A DNA stretch of 63,979 nucleotides, filler included, from Basidiobolus ranarum (taxonomy: Eukaryota), in assembly GCA_040143965.1 (NCBI GenBank). It is 4 parts of 4 records of this genome, joined end to end, with 100 filler letters (N's around TTAATTAATTAA, not from the genome) between each part and the next. Parts side by side here need not be neighbours in the genome. Positions count along the whole stretch, not along the records: positions 1 to 16,581 come from JASJQH010007213.1; 3 more parts are not named here. One strand, written 5' to 3'. The notes below the pieces were generated by a model. That model was not told the origin of the DNA, did not search any database, and worked only from the letters and a program-made list of their open reading frames with translations. Shown here one piece after another: positions 1-13,547 of the stretch. A program made the position numbers and the translations under genes. Numbering within the stretch: position 1 is the stretch's first letter; the number at the start of each line of letters is the position of its first letter.

Positions 1-3000
1 AGTATTAATGAAATGGAGGTCTTCGATTGTCTTCGAAGTTTTATAAAGTAAGATTCGCCCTGAATATTTATTTATATAGAAATTATAGTAACGTGTTTTG
101 GTGTATTACTCCACTAGGTTTTTTAAACTTCTCACTCCTCAACATAGTAACCGACTACTAGATATCATTCTATCTGGTATATAAGAGTATTGATTGTTCA
201 CTTCTCTACGAGTTCTAACCGCTATTTATCTCTAGGTTTTCAGAATATCATCGATGACGCTGAGGAAGCTCTGACAAGCGAAGTTACCTCATTTGATAAT
301 CACCTAAGAGCCCTTCAAATGTACGCATTTTTACTTCAATGGATAGTAACCATCGCAGAAAAGAAAAGCACATCCAAATCAGATACCACAGCTAAACCTA
401 CGCAAAACAAAAGCAAAGTAAGTATTATTCCAATATGTCGCCATAAAATCGAGACTCAACCTATATCATCAATATTTAGCGTAGCAAGGATATCAATGAT
501 GATGTCGAAGAGCAAGAAGCGTGGGATTGGTCAAGTCATAAAATCAAAAGCTTAGAGTTGATCTCTCGCGCGGTCAGTTTAAGATTGAATAAAATATGTC
601 CTTCGTCTCACTCGCGAGATGTTAGTGTCAAGTAAGTTGATTTTTTTATACTAACTCGATAAGACAACGAAGTTAATGGGTTCTCTACCTAGTCTCTTTA
701 CCAGACCAGCGTACCAAATATTAGAGAATCCCGAAAACCTAAAGACAGGACCACTCAAACTTCAAGCTTACTCTATCATTAGCAGATGTGTTAAGGATTA
801 TGATCATTCATATGGTACTGAGGTGTTTACATTTTTTAATCCAATACAAATTGTATCTAATGATTTATGAACAGCTGCACAAACTACTGTTTTGCAAAAC
901 CTTCAGTATTATGAGCACTTGAGTGAACCAATGGCTGAATTACTCAATACCTTAGTTGAAGATTTTGATTACCCGCAACTTGCTGAAACCATTTTAAGGT
1001 AGTTTGCTCTTACATAAATAATCACTATCTGCGTAAAAATCAGAATATCAGCTAACATTATGTGGATTAACAGGGAAATAAGTAACAGAGATTTCACGAT
1101 ATCTGACCGAACGGGTCCAAAATCCACTGCTCGTTTCTTGGTGAGACTTTCTGAGCTTACACCAAAGCTTTTCCTTAAACAAATGGGTCTATTGATTCGC
1201 CAATTAGACAGTGAGTCGTATGTTATACGATGTGCACTAATCAAAATAATCGGGAGTACAATCCTCAATTTATCCACATTGGAGCAGAATGAAGTACAAC
1301 ACAAACAAGTGGAGCATTATTTTGATGTACTAGAAGAACGTTTTAAAGATGTGAATTCCATTTGTCGATGCAAAATTTTGCAAGTTTGTATAAGTTTATG
1401 CGAGTACGTATTTCGAATCGCTGAAGATAACCATTATATTTTATTAATCTGAGGCAATTTTGTATATGTTAGGGGTAAAGCTAAATTTCCAAAACGTCGA
1501 GCAAGACTGGTTGATCTAGTTATTGGTCGTTTAAAGGACAAGAGCAGTAATGTGCGTAAGAACGCTATTAAGGCATTGACCAAGTTGCTGGAAACTCATC
1601 CTTTCTATCTTGACGGTGGTGAGCTTGAGCTCGAAAGCTTCCAAGAGAAATTCGAATCAGTGACGGAGATGCTTAATGTTAGTGATGGTTTCTATGTTGT
1701 GTTTGAAGTTCATACATATCTGATATATGGATTCTAATAACATTCTCCAGGCAATCATACCCGAGGCTATGAATACTCAATCGAAAAAGGAAGATCAAGA
1801 TGATGAGCTCGGCCTTGATTCCTCCATTGTATCTGAAGACAATGTCCAAGAAAAACGATCACGTAAACGTTCGGATAATCAAGCTTCATCTTCCGACGAT
1901 TCCGAAGCAAGTGAGCCAGAGGAGGATAAAGAAAAAATTCAAGAGCTCATCAATCCAATACTTGATCAGGCCACAACTGTTCAGATGATACAACTTCAAC
2001 TCAAACAGAGATATTATGCTGATGCTTTGTTATTCATAAATAGAATTCATGAAGCCATGCCTACTCTTTGCCAACTCTTGGGGTCAACCAATAAGGCGGA
2101 GGTCATGGAGACAATAGATTTCTTTGTTACTGCACATCGTTACAAGATCACCTTGGCACAGGAAGGAATTAAAAAAATGTTGCACTTAGTTTGGGTTAAA
2201 GACACAGGGAGTGACGAGGGTAAAGGAATTCGAGTAAGGTTGATCGAAGCTTTTCGAACCCTATATCTTACTCCCGATTCATCCAAAAGCCTCAAAGAGA
2301 ATATAAATAGTTTCTCCCGTAGTCTTATTGGATTGACCTCTGCTGCAACGCTTGCCGAATTGCCTTCTCTAGAAGAAATTCTAAGAATTATGGTTTGCGA
2401 AGAACAAATTTCAGAAGAGTTAATTTACAAACTTTGGAGTGTATATGGAGTCACGCGTAAGGAAATCCCATCCGTACAACGTCGCGGAGCCATCATCATA
2501 CTTGGCATGTTAGGAAAGGCTAAACGAGAAATCATATCCGAACGAATCGATTTATTGCTGAAAATTGGCCTAGGAGATTATGGTAAAAGCGATCTATCTT
2601 TAGCCAAATACACCTGCCTTGCTTTACAAAGTCTTAGTGAGACGAGAAAAAACAAAGGAGCCGCTTTAACTAGTCACCTTCGACTTCCTTTAGCTCATCC
2701 AATATTTAGCAAATTGGAAGAATTCATTCTGGAATACTCCCCGTCATCAGAATGGTTTACACTTGCCGAACAAGCCATAAACACCATCTACCTTCTATGT
2801 GATCACCCAGATACTCTGTGTGGTACGCTCATTAAAGACAAGGCACGTGCTGCATTTAATGCTGAGCCATCTAAGCAACAGGCCGTCAATACATCGGAGG
2901 AGACTGATATCAAGTCCCATTCTCGCAGTATACTTCTTAGTCAGCTGATCTTTATAGTAGGTCACGTAGCAATCAAACAGATTGTTCATATAGAAATCAT

Positions 3001-4114
3001 CGAGAATGAATGGAAGCGTAGGAATACCGAAACTCGCGATTCTAAGAAATTGGACGATGATGAGTTAGATCAAGTAGTTGGTACCACAGAAGATGACGTA
3101 GCAGATGTAGCTACCTATGTACGCGAACGTGAATTATTATTTGGTCCCAAATCACTTCTTACTACCTTTGGTGCATTGGTGGTACACATATGCTCAAACA
3201 ACACCGTCTATCCTGATCCTACGTTACAAATTTACGCAGCCATGACTTTATCGAAGTTTATGTGTGTCAGTTCAGAATATTGCGAACAACATTTACAGCT
3301 CTTGTTCACAATGCTGGAAAAAGCCAATGATCCAGTTATCCGCACAAACATTGTCATAGCATTGGGAGACATAGCGGTCTGCTTCAACACTTTAGTCGGT
3401 GAAAACATCGCCTATCTTTACAAACGCTTAAGAGATCCCGATACCTCAGTGAAGATAAACACGTTAATGGTTCTAGCCCATTTGATTTTAAACGGAATGG
3501 TCAAAGTCAAGGGACAATTAGGGGAAATGGCCAAGTGCCTGGAAAATCCAGACATTCGGATCAGCAACCTGGCGCGACTTTTCTTTACAGAGTTATCCTC
3601 CAAAGATAACGCAGTTTACAACAATCTGCCGGATATAATCAGTAGTCTATCAAATGGGGAAAGCGCAGTTAGCTCCGACATATTCAAACGCATAATGAGG
3701 TTCCTTTTCGAGTTCGTCAAGGATAAGGAACGTCAAACTGAAAATATTGTGGAGAAACTTTGTCTTCGTTTCCGGAATACCGATGATCCACGACAATGGC
3801 AAGATATTGGATACTGCTTAAGCATATTGCCCTACAAGTCAGATAAGACTTTCAAGAAACTGGCGGATGCCATGCAATTCTATCATGATAAACTTCACGA
3901 TGACACACTATTCCAGTACATGTTGGAGATAATAAGCAAAGCGAAATCACAGCCTTGGCAACGTGACAAATCCATCATCGATGAGTTTGAATCTAAGCTC
4001 CGCGAAATCCGGAACTTTGATCCTGAGGATGATGTAGAAATTCCATGTGATGAAATAGACAATAATACAGACGATGGAGCTGACAACGACGATCCAATTA
4101 GCTTGGGTCAATGA
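1..4114 (+). CDS. YCS4: Condensin complex subunit 1 (Cnd1/YCS4/NCAPD2), multi-exon, 5' end outside window
   Basis: Several short exons with GT-AG introns in 1-1750, then a long exon ~1751-4114. It carries Cnd1 HEAT-region motifs (LSKFMCVSSEYCEQHLQLLFTMLE, IRTNIVIALGD, LILNGMVKVKGQLGEMAKCLE, LARLFFTELSSKDNAVYNNLPDIIS). Confidence 0.95.
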
Positions 4115-4760
4115 TGTACTACGATGTACTTGAAATATCAACTCGTCAGTCAGTTGTAAATAGCCAACTTTCATTTGCATGTGTACTTCGTTTCTACACC
4201 TTTAAGCTGTATTCTATCAGCATTGGAATTCCATTCTGAAATATTTTGTTAATAAACGACCCTTCAACATAGATCTGATGATCACATAAGCATTCTCACG
4301 AGTGCCAGCCATTTGCAACTTGGATAGTGGCCTATAAAATCAGCCTTGGAAGAAGCTCGGCACTGACGAACGATTTTGCTTACTTGAAACCACTGCACCA
4401 ATCATCCCGATCAAATTTGACACATCATATGCCATTAGAGAATAGGTTCTACAATACCAAGTGATGGTTGGTCAAGGATCGATAATTTTACTTTACATGG
4501 AGGATGAACCAGGCTGATGCACTTGAGAAAGTTGATTTGTGAGAGCATTTGTTCACGTGGGTAGATACACTGGTCATCATGAACTGCATTACTGATATTG
4601 ATTTCGTATAGCTCAGTCTACCATAGCCAAAAGATTTAGAACGTCACTGTCTCATAACTCTCGTTGGATTATTGACTGTTTTGAAATAAACTTTTCGAGC
4701 AAGTTATTAGAAGAGCAAACCCTTAGTACAAGTAGATACGTTGCTATCACAAAACTTATT

Positions 4761-5793
4761 ATGAAATTTCTCGAGTTTCCTAGCCTTGACGTTATCAACA
4801 AATACTTGATCTTCGAGACTTCTGATAGCAAGATATATGGCAGAGTAGAAGCCTTTTCTTGTATGTATCTTTCTTAAAGGCCTTTGTCTCGACAGTCAGG
4901 AATATAACGTGTGTTTTCTCTAGGTAAAAGTGCAGGTGGTGATAAAAAACTATTCAAGCAACTCGAAACCCGTCATCAAGAGGAATTATCTGCATACAGT
5001 CTATCTCCAGAGCAAAATTTTCACTTGATTGTGTCTCCATTCGGTCCACTTGATCAGCCCTCTTCCAGGAAAACTTTATTCTACCTGATTTCAATATTGA
5101 ACGCCTCCTTTCCCGACTATGAATTCAGGTTTCTCCACAAGCAGTCTTTGTATTTATCTGCATCAATATTCTTCTTAATCACTTAAAATCTTTCTAGTGA
5201 CTTGAAGCCAGAACAGTTCAGTAAACAGCATTCTCTGTCTATGGTTATGAATTCTATCAATACTACCTTATTTAGTCTGGGACGAGCGGATCTGATTCAG
5301 ACACATCGCTTTTGGGACGTCCTTGACGAGGTTATCACACTATCTGATTGCGATGTATATTCATATGTACCTGACGATGACTCAGATCCGTATGCTGATG
5401 AAGGCTCGATGTAAGTGAGCTTTTATCAATTTTGTTTATTGATGTCAAGCTTAGTAGTTGACTTCCTTGCTTTCTTAGTTGGTCGTTTAATTACTTTTTC
5501 TTTAACCGTAAATTGAAGAGGATCCTTTTTTTTACCTGCAGTAATCTGAGGTGAAATAGATGACTTGAGAAAGAAGATAATTATTTTTCAAATAACCGTT
5601 GTTAATTATTGTATTTAGCTACCAAGGCCCAGTACGTGAAGATGACGATATGTCCGAGTCAGGAAGCGACCTTGATAGTCAGAAGTATGAACATTGTTCA
5701 CACACCAATATTCCCACATGTCAAATCACTAATATCCTCTTTTTCAGGGGCTACGCCTATGAAGAATATGTGATGCAAGATATGGATGAATAG
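4761..5793 (+). CDS. MAF1: Repressor of RNA polymerase III transcription Maf1, multi-exon
   Basis: ATG at 4761 (MKFLEF...GRVEAFS|CKSAGGDKKLFK). Internal motifs PFGPLDQPSSRKTLFYLISILNASFPDYEF, CDVYSYVPD..DPY and WSFNYFFFNRKLKRILFF; acidic tail ends at TAG 5791-5793. Confidence 0.95.
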
Positions 5794-6689
5794 TAACCAT
5801 GTCTTGACCTTATAATCTCTATTGTTTGGCTTAATCTTGACACACCAACACGGTGCAAATCCAGGCTTTACATGATTGAATTGAAAGTGCACATGTTCGT
5901 AGAAAATAGTATGCAATCATCAAGTTTATCAATTGGAAGTGAAATTCACCTATTCATCAGTTCTTTCCGATGTTATTTACATTGGATCATCGCTCAAAGT
6001 GAACTCTATACTTGTGTATTTACTTCACTCTACTCATATTAATGAAAGTTTAACCATGGATTAAAATTTGGCGGCGATATGATTCATATGTGGTGCGTAC
6101 CCTGAGTTGAATACCATTCATTTCATCAAACATTTGAAATCAAGTAAAACCAACAATCCACATGTTCCTGACATTGTTAAACTTTACTTGAAGGGTTCAT
6201 CGGGATTCCGAGTCTCACAAAAGATCTATAAACGATTAAAAAAGAGCACGAAAAGACAGAATATACTGGAAATGTAACATTTAAAAGGCAGGATGAGTAA
6301 GCAAGAAACGAACCACCGATGTGGCCACATGGAAACCAACTGACAAGCCAGAGAAAATCAAATCTCGTTTCGAGAAAGGCTGAGCAATAAACTTCAGATA
6401 CGTCAACTAACAACTCTATTATTGATGTAAATAAAGCTTAAAGTTCTTGATTTGTAGGGGAAGAGAAATTTAAAAAGCAATCAATAAAGAAGGTGACTGG
6501 TAAAGAGATAGGATGGTGTTTCAAGCTATATTTACAAAAGACCATAACAGGTGCGTATTTTGAAATTTCAATTGTTAAGAATGGGATTCAGAGAGTCGAA
6601 AAATGTCAAGGTATCCAACTAAAACACTATCCTTCATTTTTCTGAGTGGAACAAAAACAATTTGCGAGAGTAGATGGAGGCTCCATATA

Positions 6690-7605
6690 TTACTGTTGTT
6701 GGGCTTCATATTTCATTCGTGCTTGAGCAAACAACAAAGCTTGGTTACGGAGAAGTTCTTCCTCCGACATCCCACTATTCTCCAAGCGTGAACTTTTACG
6801 GTCACGATCCTGCACAGAAAAATATGAAAACGTAGTCAAAGAAAATGAATGAAACAAAGCCGTAAATACCTTTTGTTGTTTTTTGTGCTCTTTAAATACT
6901 TCTTGTACTTCGGGTAAGTAGTTTTCAAACCCAAGAGTCTAAAAATAGTTCTTTAGAAAAAGGGGTTTTCTCACAAAATTAATATTTCAAATTTACCTGC
7001 AAGGCAACGATAACATGTTCAGCTGCTATGGTTTTTTTAGCTTCTTTCTCACATATCTCATTCGCTTCGGAAGCAATTAGATGGATGAACTCTAGAAAAA
7101 GCGTAAGTCTTGTGAGCTAGTAGCTAAATTATTTTCTTATTCTTCGAAAGCGAGCAATGCATAAACAGTTGTTTGAATAGGGTTTTTAAGTAAAGTATTA
7201 TATTCACAGATAAAAGCTTACCAACACAGCAGTCGATCAATAAATCGCGTGTATCTTTTGCACAAACAATGTCATCAGGCATCATCTCATTTATCAGCTT
7301 TTGGACAGTAGCTGAAGTGAAGTAAAGATAAATGAGAATACGGGATTAGTATATGATATTATTAGTAGAAAAGTAATTGAGAATTAAAACGCGTTATGAA
7401 GAATGAAAATGAATTTCAAGGTATCAATTAGAATAATTAGTGAGTGTCAAAGAACGTCAAATCACAAAACAAAATACAACCAGTGGGAAAGAATCATTTG
7501 TTGGCAACTTTAGGGCCAAATAAAAGAATATGCATTAAACAAACGTTTACCTTTAGGTAAGGACAAATCATCGTCTAAGCCGTTTCCTCCTTCACGATCG
7601 CTCAT
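6690..7605 (-). CDS. NCB2: Negative cofactor 2 beta subunit (Dr1/NCB2), histone-fold, multi-exon
   Basis: Spliced reading: MSDREGGNGLDDDLSLPK|ATVQKLINEMMPDDIVCAKDTRDLLIDCC|EFIHLIASEANEICEKEAKKTIAAEHVIVAL...SGMSEEELLRNQALLFAQAR; stop at 6690. Confidence 0.93.
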
Positions 7606-8366
7606 TGTTCTTGAAAGTGCTTGCGGTAAGAGAAAGATAATTAGAGTGAATATATGAGGCTGATGAGGAGATTCGTGGGCAAATGATATGTTTATGTATA
7701 TATCTTGATAAATTTGATTATACAAAGTGGTGATGATTGTTTTGTTAAAAAAGGTCAAATTTTCTGATGCCAGATCAATTAAAAATAACCTTTGAATATT
7801 CTATATTAATCCACTTAATTTAGTACGGATGATTATAAATGGCTTCCATTTAGTGGCGAGAGAGAGGAGAGCATCAGAAAAGGGGGATTCATGGTGTTTA
7901 GTGTACGTTGTGTTTCACAAGTAGCAAGTCATTTGCTACCAATGCCATCATCCATAAGTAGGTCTAATTCAACTAACTATCATTACTATACTTTGGTTAG
8001 GGTTTTAAACATTCATTTATTGAAATATAATGATTGCTAATCTAGCGGATTCAAGTCAATATCTACTTGGAAATCAGTTGCAGCTTGGGATAAATGGTTG
8101 TGCTGTTGATTTCCTTATTTAAGAATATTTTAAATGAGAGCCTGACTAGCAGATACTACGCAATTTATGTAGAGCGGGTATTCCTATATGGGCTGGAATG
8201 AAGGTCCCTATGTACTTGGTGTCACTAATTAACTTGCAATGCTTGGGCGATGTCTGGATTTGGTTATTATGCTGCTAGGCAAAGAATCCCAAGTTGCCTG
8301 TATATTTGAATGTCATTGGGATCATCATTTGGGTGTTTCAATAGTTCGTTATTCTAGTATGCAGCT

Positions 8367-10783
8367 TCAGTTCCAGACAAACGCCTTTCTGTTTCTCAAT
8401 TTCAACTGGTCTTCGTTTGCGATCACCTGTAATGGAGTAAGTCAGATTATTAAGGAAGGTATCTCAGCAATATGAAGCAAAAAAGTTACTTCTTCAGCTA
8501 TTTTTCGGTTGTTTGGATCAATTAGTTGCTTGTTAATTCTTCATCGACTAGTCTCGGTTTTAGTCCGAATGTCGGCAAGACCTGATTCTCTCTTTTTCTT
8601 TCTTCTCTTTGATTGATGCTGTTCCAAATGTAAGGTTTTCTGAACATCCTCCTCTAAATCTTCCCATGTCTCAGCTTTCTTCTCTTCTCTAGTACAGTCG
8701 CCTTGAGGCTCACTAGCGCGTCCATATTCATCTCTTGGAATAATTTTCCCATGGAATGGGCACCGCACAAGATCTCGTCTGGTACATAGCTTACCACTTT
8801 TCATGGGTGCGCGACAGGCCTTGATTTCTTTAGGTTGTGGCTTATAGTATGTAGTACGCATTTTCATTCGGTCTAAAGTGTCCTTTGAAACAAGGTTTTC
8901 GCCGCTTGAAGTGCCATAAAACCTATGAGAGTACTCTAAACCAGATGTATTGAATGGCAGTTCTTTTGTTTCCCAAAAATCCAGATCTGTATCATATTCT
9001 ACAATTGGGGCACGTTTCAATAGTTCTTGTATTTCCTGGCTTTCTTGTGAGATCGGTGAGGCGACATCAATTGGGTCTGTGATTTTAGGTGGATTTTTCG
9101 GGATAGTGGGCGGTTTGAACTGCGCAATCGTTGGATCTTCTTCTAGTCCTAGCTCATTTTTCAAAGAAAAAATAGTGTCGTGGTAGACAGATTTTGACAC
9201 TTTATTCACTGGTTTCGCTCGGGTAGTATCTCGTTTTAATTCTACGAGGGGTTTATCATCCAATGCAATGTGTGCCGAGGACGTAGAAGGTTGGTTTTCT
9301 TGCGTGAAAACAGGAACCTCTTCAAACTCTACCTCGCTTTCGTCATCATCATCATCATCCGCAACAATATGATTTTCTTTGTCAATTTGTAAATCGTGAC
9401 TTTTAGATTTGGCTGTTTGCAAAGCATTTCGAAGATCTATTGCTTTCTTTAGCAAATCGTTTCGATCCTGCTCATTCTACCGCAACAAATGGTTAAATTA
9501 ATGTGTTGTAAGGCAGTGGGTTGTAGACAGCTTACATGACTTTCCGATTTCATAAGTTGACTGATCCAGTCGTTAACTTGGTTCAAGTGCTTGTGGTCCA
9601 AAATTCTATACGATTCACGAAGAGTTTCGTAAATTGCTGAGTTTTCGGAATTTTCGTTTATATCAAGGGATTCTTTCGCTGTGTTCAAATCTATTGTGAT
9701 TTTGTATCGGTTAGATCCCAGTCCATGCATATTCACTATCTTTAGAGGAAATAAATAAAACGAGTTTTACGGCAATCAGATCACAAGGGTGAAAGATTTA
9801 CTTCTCTGATTGATGATTTCCCCGGCGTTGGAGTTTGGTCCAGTGTTTCTTCAACGCTCTCGTCAAATCGAGGAACCAAGATTTCGAAGCATGAGTCCTT
9901 AAGATAATTGTAACTATAAAGTAATGCTGACGAAATTGAAAAATAAGCAAACAGCTACCATTTGCCTGAGGTTATCCAAGATTGTTGCTAATTCTTCGCC
10001 CATTTCTTCTTTAATTCTATCAAAGCGTTTTCTTCTTGCCGCCTTAATCCTCTCTTGTTTTTCGTCTGTTAATGGGCCACGTGTAAAAGTCGAGCGATCA
10101 GAAAAATCAATCTTTAAATGATTTTTCAAGTATTGACACCCTAAAGCCAGCTCAAGACACGTGGAGAAAAATGTCACTTCGTTAACTAATTGGCGTTAAA
10201 GCCATATGTACAATAATATTTCTACATACTTGTTTATAGGTATCACCAAATTTTAGATTCCAGCATTTAACCAAGTCGAGCGTTAACTCGCGTAATTTAT
10301 CTGCAGACTCTTTGGGTGGTGGCAAGTCATAACCATGAATGCCAACTGTGTATTGAAGAAATACCGAGAATTCTTCTGATAATAAGCATCGAAAGTGATG
10401 AGATCTACTAAATAAAGTCTCAATTAGCTGAACACAGCTATATCTGATCTATAAAAATAAACGAGAAAACATCAGTGAAGCTTCAAAAACATTCCCAGAG
10501 CTTATTTGACATACTTGAGCGTGTTTCTTTTTCAGTTGCGTCATCAATAGCTGGTACGCACTTTCTACATTGTCGTTCGAACTCTTGCATATTTTTTTAA
10601 ATTCCTTTATTGTTTCAGTTAGAAAAGTTCCTTTAAAGAATTGAACGTCACTGGAGCTTTATACAAATAAATCATTTGAAGAATTATAATTACCTTTAAC
10701 TTGGATTCATTAATTTGTAACTGTCCTGTAGTGGTGATTGAATTAATGAGATGACTTAAAGCGTTACGCGCTTCTATATCCAT
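8367..10783 (-). CDS. UVSSA: UV-stimulated scaffold protein A (UVSSA) homolog, multi-exon, with an in-frame TGA at 8541-8543
   Basis: N-terminus MDIEARNALSHLINSITTTGQ; C-terminal zinc finger CRAPMKSGKLCTRRDLVRCPFHGKIIPRD typical of UVSSA. The frame continues past the TGA to a spliced last exon (8367-8426). Confidence 0.88.
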
Positions 10784-11175
10784 GTTGGACCTCCCTACAA
10801 AAACACTACAGTAAAAGAAAAGTTGAATATATAGTTGGATGATTAATTATGATTGGGTCGATGATATCATAGAGTGGCGCAGCGTAGTGCCTCAAAAACG
10901 CTTATGATCTAATTCGATGCCTATCGCCTATCACCAGTTAAACCAAGCTCTATGCTATTTAACATCTCATTGAAAATTACTATTTATTCAAGTTAATAGA
11001 CAATTGGTTGCTTGTAAAGATGAGAATATTCTATTAGCGATATGCATATGTTTCCCTTGATCTATTTGGAAGGTATTAACGCCATCCTCGATATAATGTT
11101 CTCACGATCAACCGAAACTTATCTTCGAAAGTATAAAATTGAATACTCCTCTCGCTTATCTTGCACTGTATTAAT

Positions 11176-11877
11176 ATGACAATAGTAAATGAGAATATCG
11201 TTTTTAGGTTGCTAAAGCCCTCCTCTCCAAGTTCCTCCATTGAGCAATGTAAGTCACTGGTTATAGATAACTTCCTTAAGTATGGCTCTCTCGAGCGTGA
11301 GCTACGGAGAACATATTCAGAAGAGAAAATTCGAAGTTTCCTTTCCGGTTACGTAAACAACTTAGTAGAGGCGAGTATTCCGTATGAAATCTCAGTTTAT
11401 GCCTTAGATAAGGTTACGAATCAAGTTGTTGGAGTATTTCTCAACGGAAATTGTGAATTAGAGGAGTTTGAAATGGAATATACTGGAGATCCTATCATTC
11501 CGTTTTTGGAGGAACTTGATAATAGTTATTTCCAAAATCGTTTAAACAACGGTCAGTATTTCCATGGTGTTATGGTAGCCGTTCATCCAGACTTTTCAAG
11601 ACGTGGTATTTTCAAAAACCTCTGCCTGTTATCCTTTCAAGTTGCTTTAAGCAAAAAATTCGAATTTTTCATAGCAGAATGCTCAAGTCCCTATACATTT
11701 GGAACACTGACTAAATTCGGTGCCACTATAGAAGCTAGTTCCAAATACTCGGAGTTTGAGTTCAAAGGTTCAAGACCATTCAGAGATTTGGAAGGAACTT
11801 GCTGTTTGGTACAGCTAGATAAACATCAACTTGAAGCAGCTCTGAAGCAAAATCAACTCCCACACATTGAAGAATAG
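11176..11877 (+). CDS. GNAT-family N-acetyltransferase (arylalkylamine N-acetyltransferase-like), intronless
   Basis: Acetyl-CoA motif VAVHPDFSRRGIFKNL plus AECSSPYT..TLTKFG. ATG at 11176; TATA-like GTATAAAA at ~11131. Confidence 0.8.
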   Translation: MTIVNENIVFRLLKPSSPSSSIEQCKSLVIDNFLKYGSLERELRRTYSEEKIRSFLSGYVNNLVEASIPYEISVYALDKVTNQVVGVFLNGNCELEEFEMEYTGDPIIPFLEELDNSYFQNRLNNGQYFHGVMVAVHPDFSRRGIFKNLCLLSFQVALSKKFEFFIAECSSPYTFGTLTKFGATIEASSKYSEFEFKGSRPFRDLEGTCCLVQLDKHQLEAALKQNQLPHIEE

Positions 11878-12743
11878 ATTTACACACGAGCATCAGTTTA
11901 CGTTTAAAATGCAAAATAGGAGATATATATTTATTCATTAAAGTTTTAGATTTATGAATGTCATTTTGTTTATTTACTTCATGTATCACAATGCTCCTGA
12001 ATTCATATACATAATAGTTAGTTTGAGTATTGTAGAAACAAACCCCGTATTCATGTGGCTGCCATGGAGTACAGATATGGCAAGTCAATGTGCTTCAAAA
12101 CGGAATCATTTCGTCATTTTTGACTTTAAACGAGATAGTACTATATTTAGTAAGCATGTTTCCTCATTGTATGGAGATATATTTCTCGCCTTGCAGATGC
12201 CAATAATCAATAGTGTTGTGTTAGTGTGAGTGTTTCTAAGCCATGATTCCCATTCTTCTCAGTATCATTTCGATTGTGCTGCAACGTATCGGATGATAAA
12301 AGATTGCCCTTGGGATGCATTCTGGTTTCTAAGTCGCAGCACCATTTGAAAAATACTTGGTATTAAGCCACACCTCAGTCAATATATTTGCTATCGAACT
12401 TTTCATTGAGAAATTCGCCATTTTGTATTCAAATATTTACCTTAAAGTACGAGTACTTTCAAGTGTTATAATAAAGTGAATTGGGAGATGAAGGTTTCAT
12501 TAGAGAGAAACCATAGTAAGGTTTTCTATGAATGAAACTAAACAATGAACAATAAACAATAAATAATAATAATAATAATGACTACTGGAGGCTGTTGGCC
12601 CACGAGCTGATAAATAGTAATACATAATCACAACAGCTAAATTAATGGATGTTGTAGAACATAATGTTCTAGAAATGTGAAATCTCTAATAAATATTTCG
12701 TTGAAAGATATTTGTTTGATGCTTGACTGTAAGGAGAACATGT

Positions 12744-13547
12744 CTAACTGGAGAGGTAACGATCATCATAGGATGAACTTAAATTGAGAATATCCTGTAA
12801 TCTGTATGATCTCCCAACAGTATTTGTTTCGGTCTGGAGAGTGTCTGGAATACTCTGCGGTAGTTGAATCCTGGGGAGTAAATCTCCTTCACAATCTGAG
12901 CCCGTGTTGGAGGATGAAACCGATGAAAACGTGGGACTTAACGGTCTCATTAACTGCGTTTTCTGATCAAAAATATCTAAACAAGAGAGTTTGGTTGAAT
13001 TATCACTGAACGAGTTTAAAGTTGGGGTTTGCGAATGATCTCCAAACTCTCTTTGTGGCGCAAATGGTAAACTACATAGTGGATGAATACTAGTTTGGAA
13101 GAATGGTTGTCGTCGAATGAAGGGTGCTTCGCCATGAGATGGATGCATATAAGAGAGAAGAGAGTTGGTTTGTGAATGAGTTTCTGACTCTGGTGGAGAG
13201 GGATACCCATGGTTATGCGGGATAGAATATGAGTATGGTGTCATTGGGAAAGGAAGTGATAGGGACGGAGTATTTCTCTGTTTCCCTTGTGTTTTTTTGT
13301 CATGAGTTCTTGAGTGTCTAGCTAACTCATCTGATCTAGAAAATTTTCGATTGCAGCCTTGGAAAGTGCAAGCATAGGGCTTCTCCCCAGTGTGAATTCT
13401 AACATGTCGGTTTAAATGCTCTAATCTCCTGAATGCCTTTGAGCATACTTTACATTTGTATGGACGAAGTGGTGGTAATTTGTTATCACTTTCCTGGGTT
13501 CGAGGCTCACCGGTGGGGTAAGTTGGGAGTGTACTGAATGAGAACAT
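12744..13547 (-). CDS. C2H2 zinc-finger transcription factor, Mig1/CreA-like, intronless
   Basis: Two fingers [55 protein letters not shown], matching the CreA/Mig1 finger pair, followed by a Ser/Pro-rich tail. Confidence 0.9.
   Translation of the reverse strand: MFSFSTLPTYPTGEPRTQESDNKLPPLRPYKCKVCSKAFRRLEHLNRHVRIHTGEKPYACTFQGCNRKFSRSDELARHSRTHDKKTQGKQRNTPSLSLPFPMTPYSYSIPHNHGYPSPPESETHSQTNSLLSYMHPSHGEAPFIRRQPFFQTSIHPLCSLPFAPQREFGDHSQTPTLNSFSDNSTKLSCLDIFDQKTQLMRPLSPTFSSVSSSNTGSDCEGDLLPRIQLPQSIPDTLQTETNTVGRSYRLQDILNLSSSYDDRYLSS

Noticed and set aside
8541-8543. Selenocysteine reading of the UVSSA TGA
   Set aside because: The position does not appear to correspond to a Cys, and I could not identify a SECIS element downstream.
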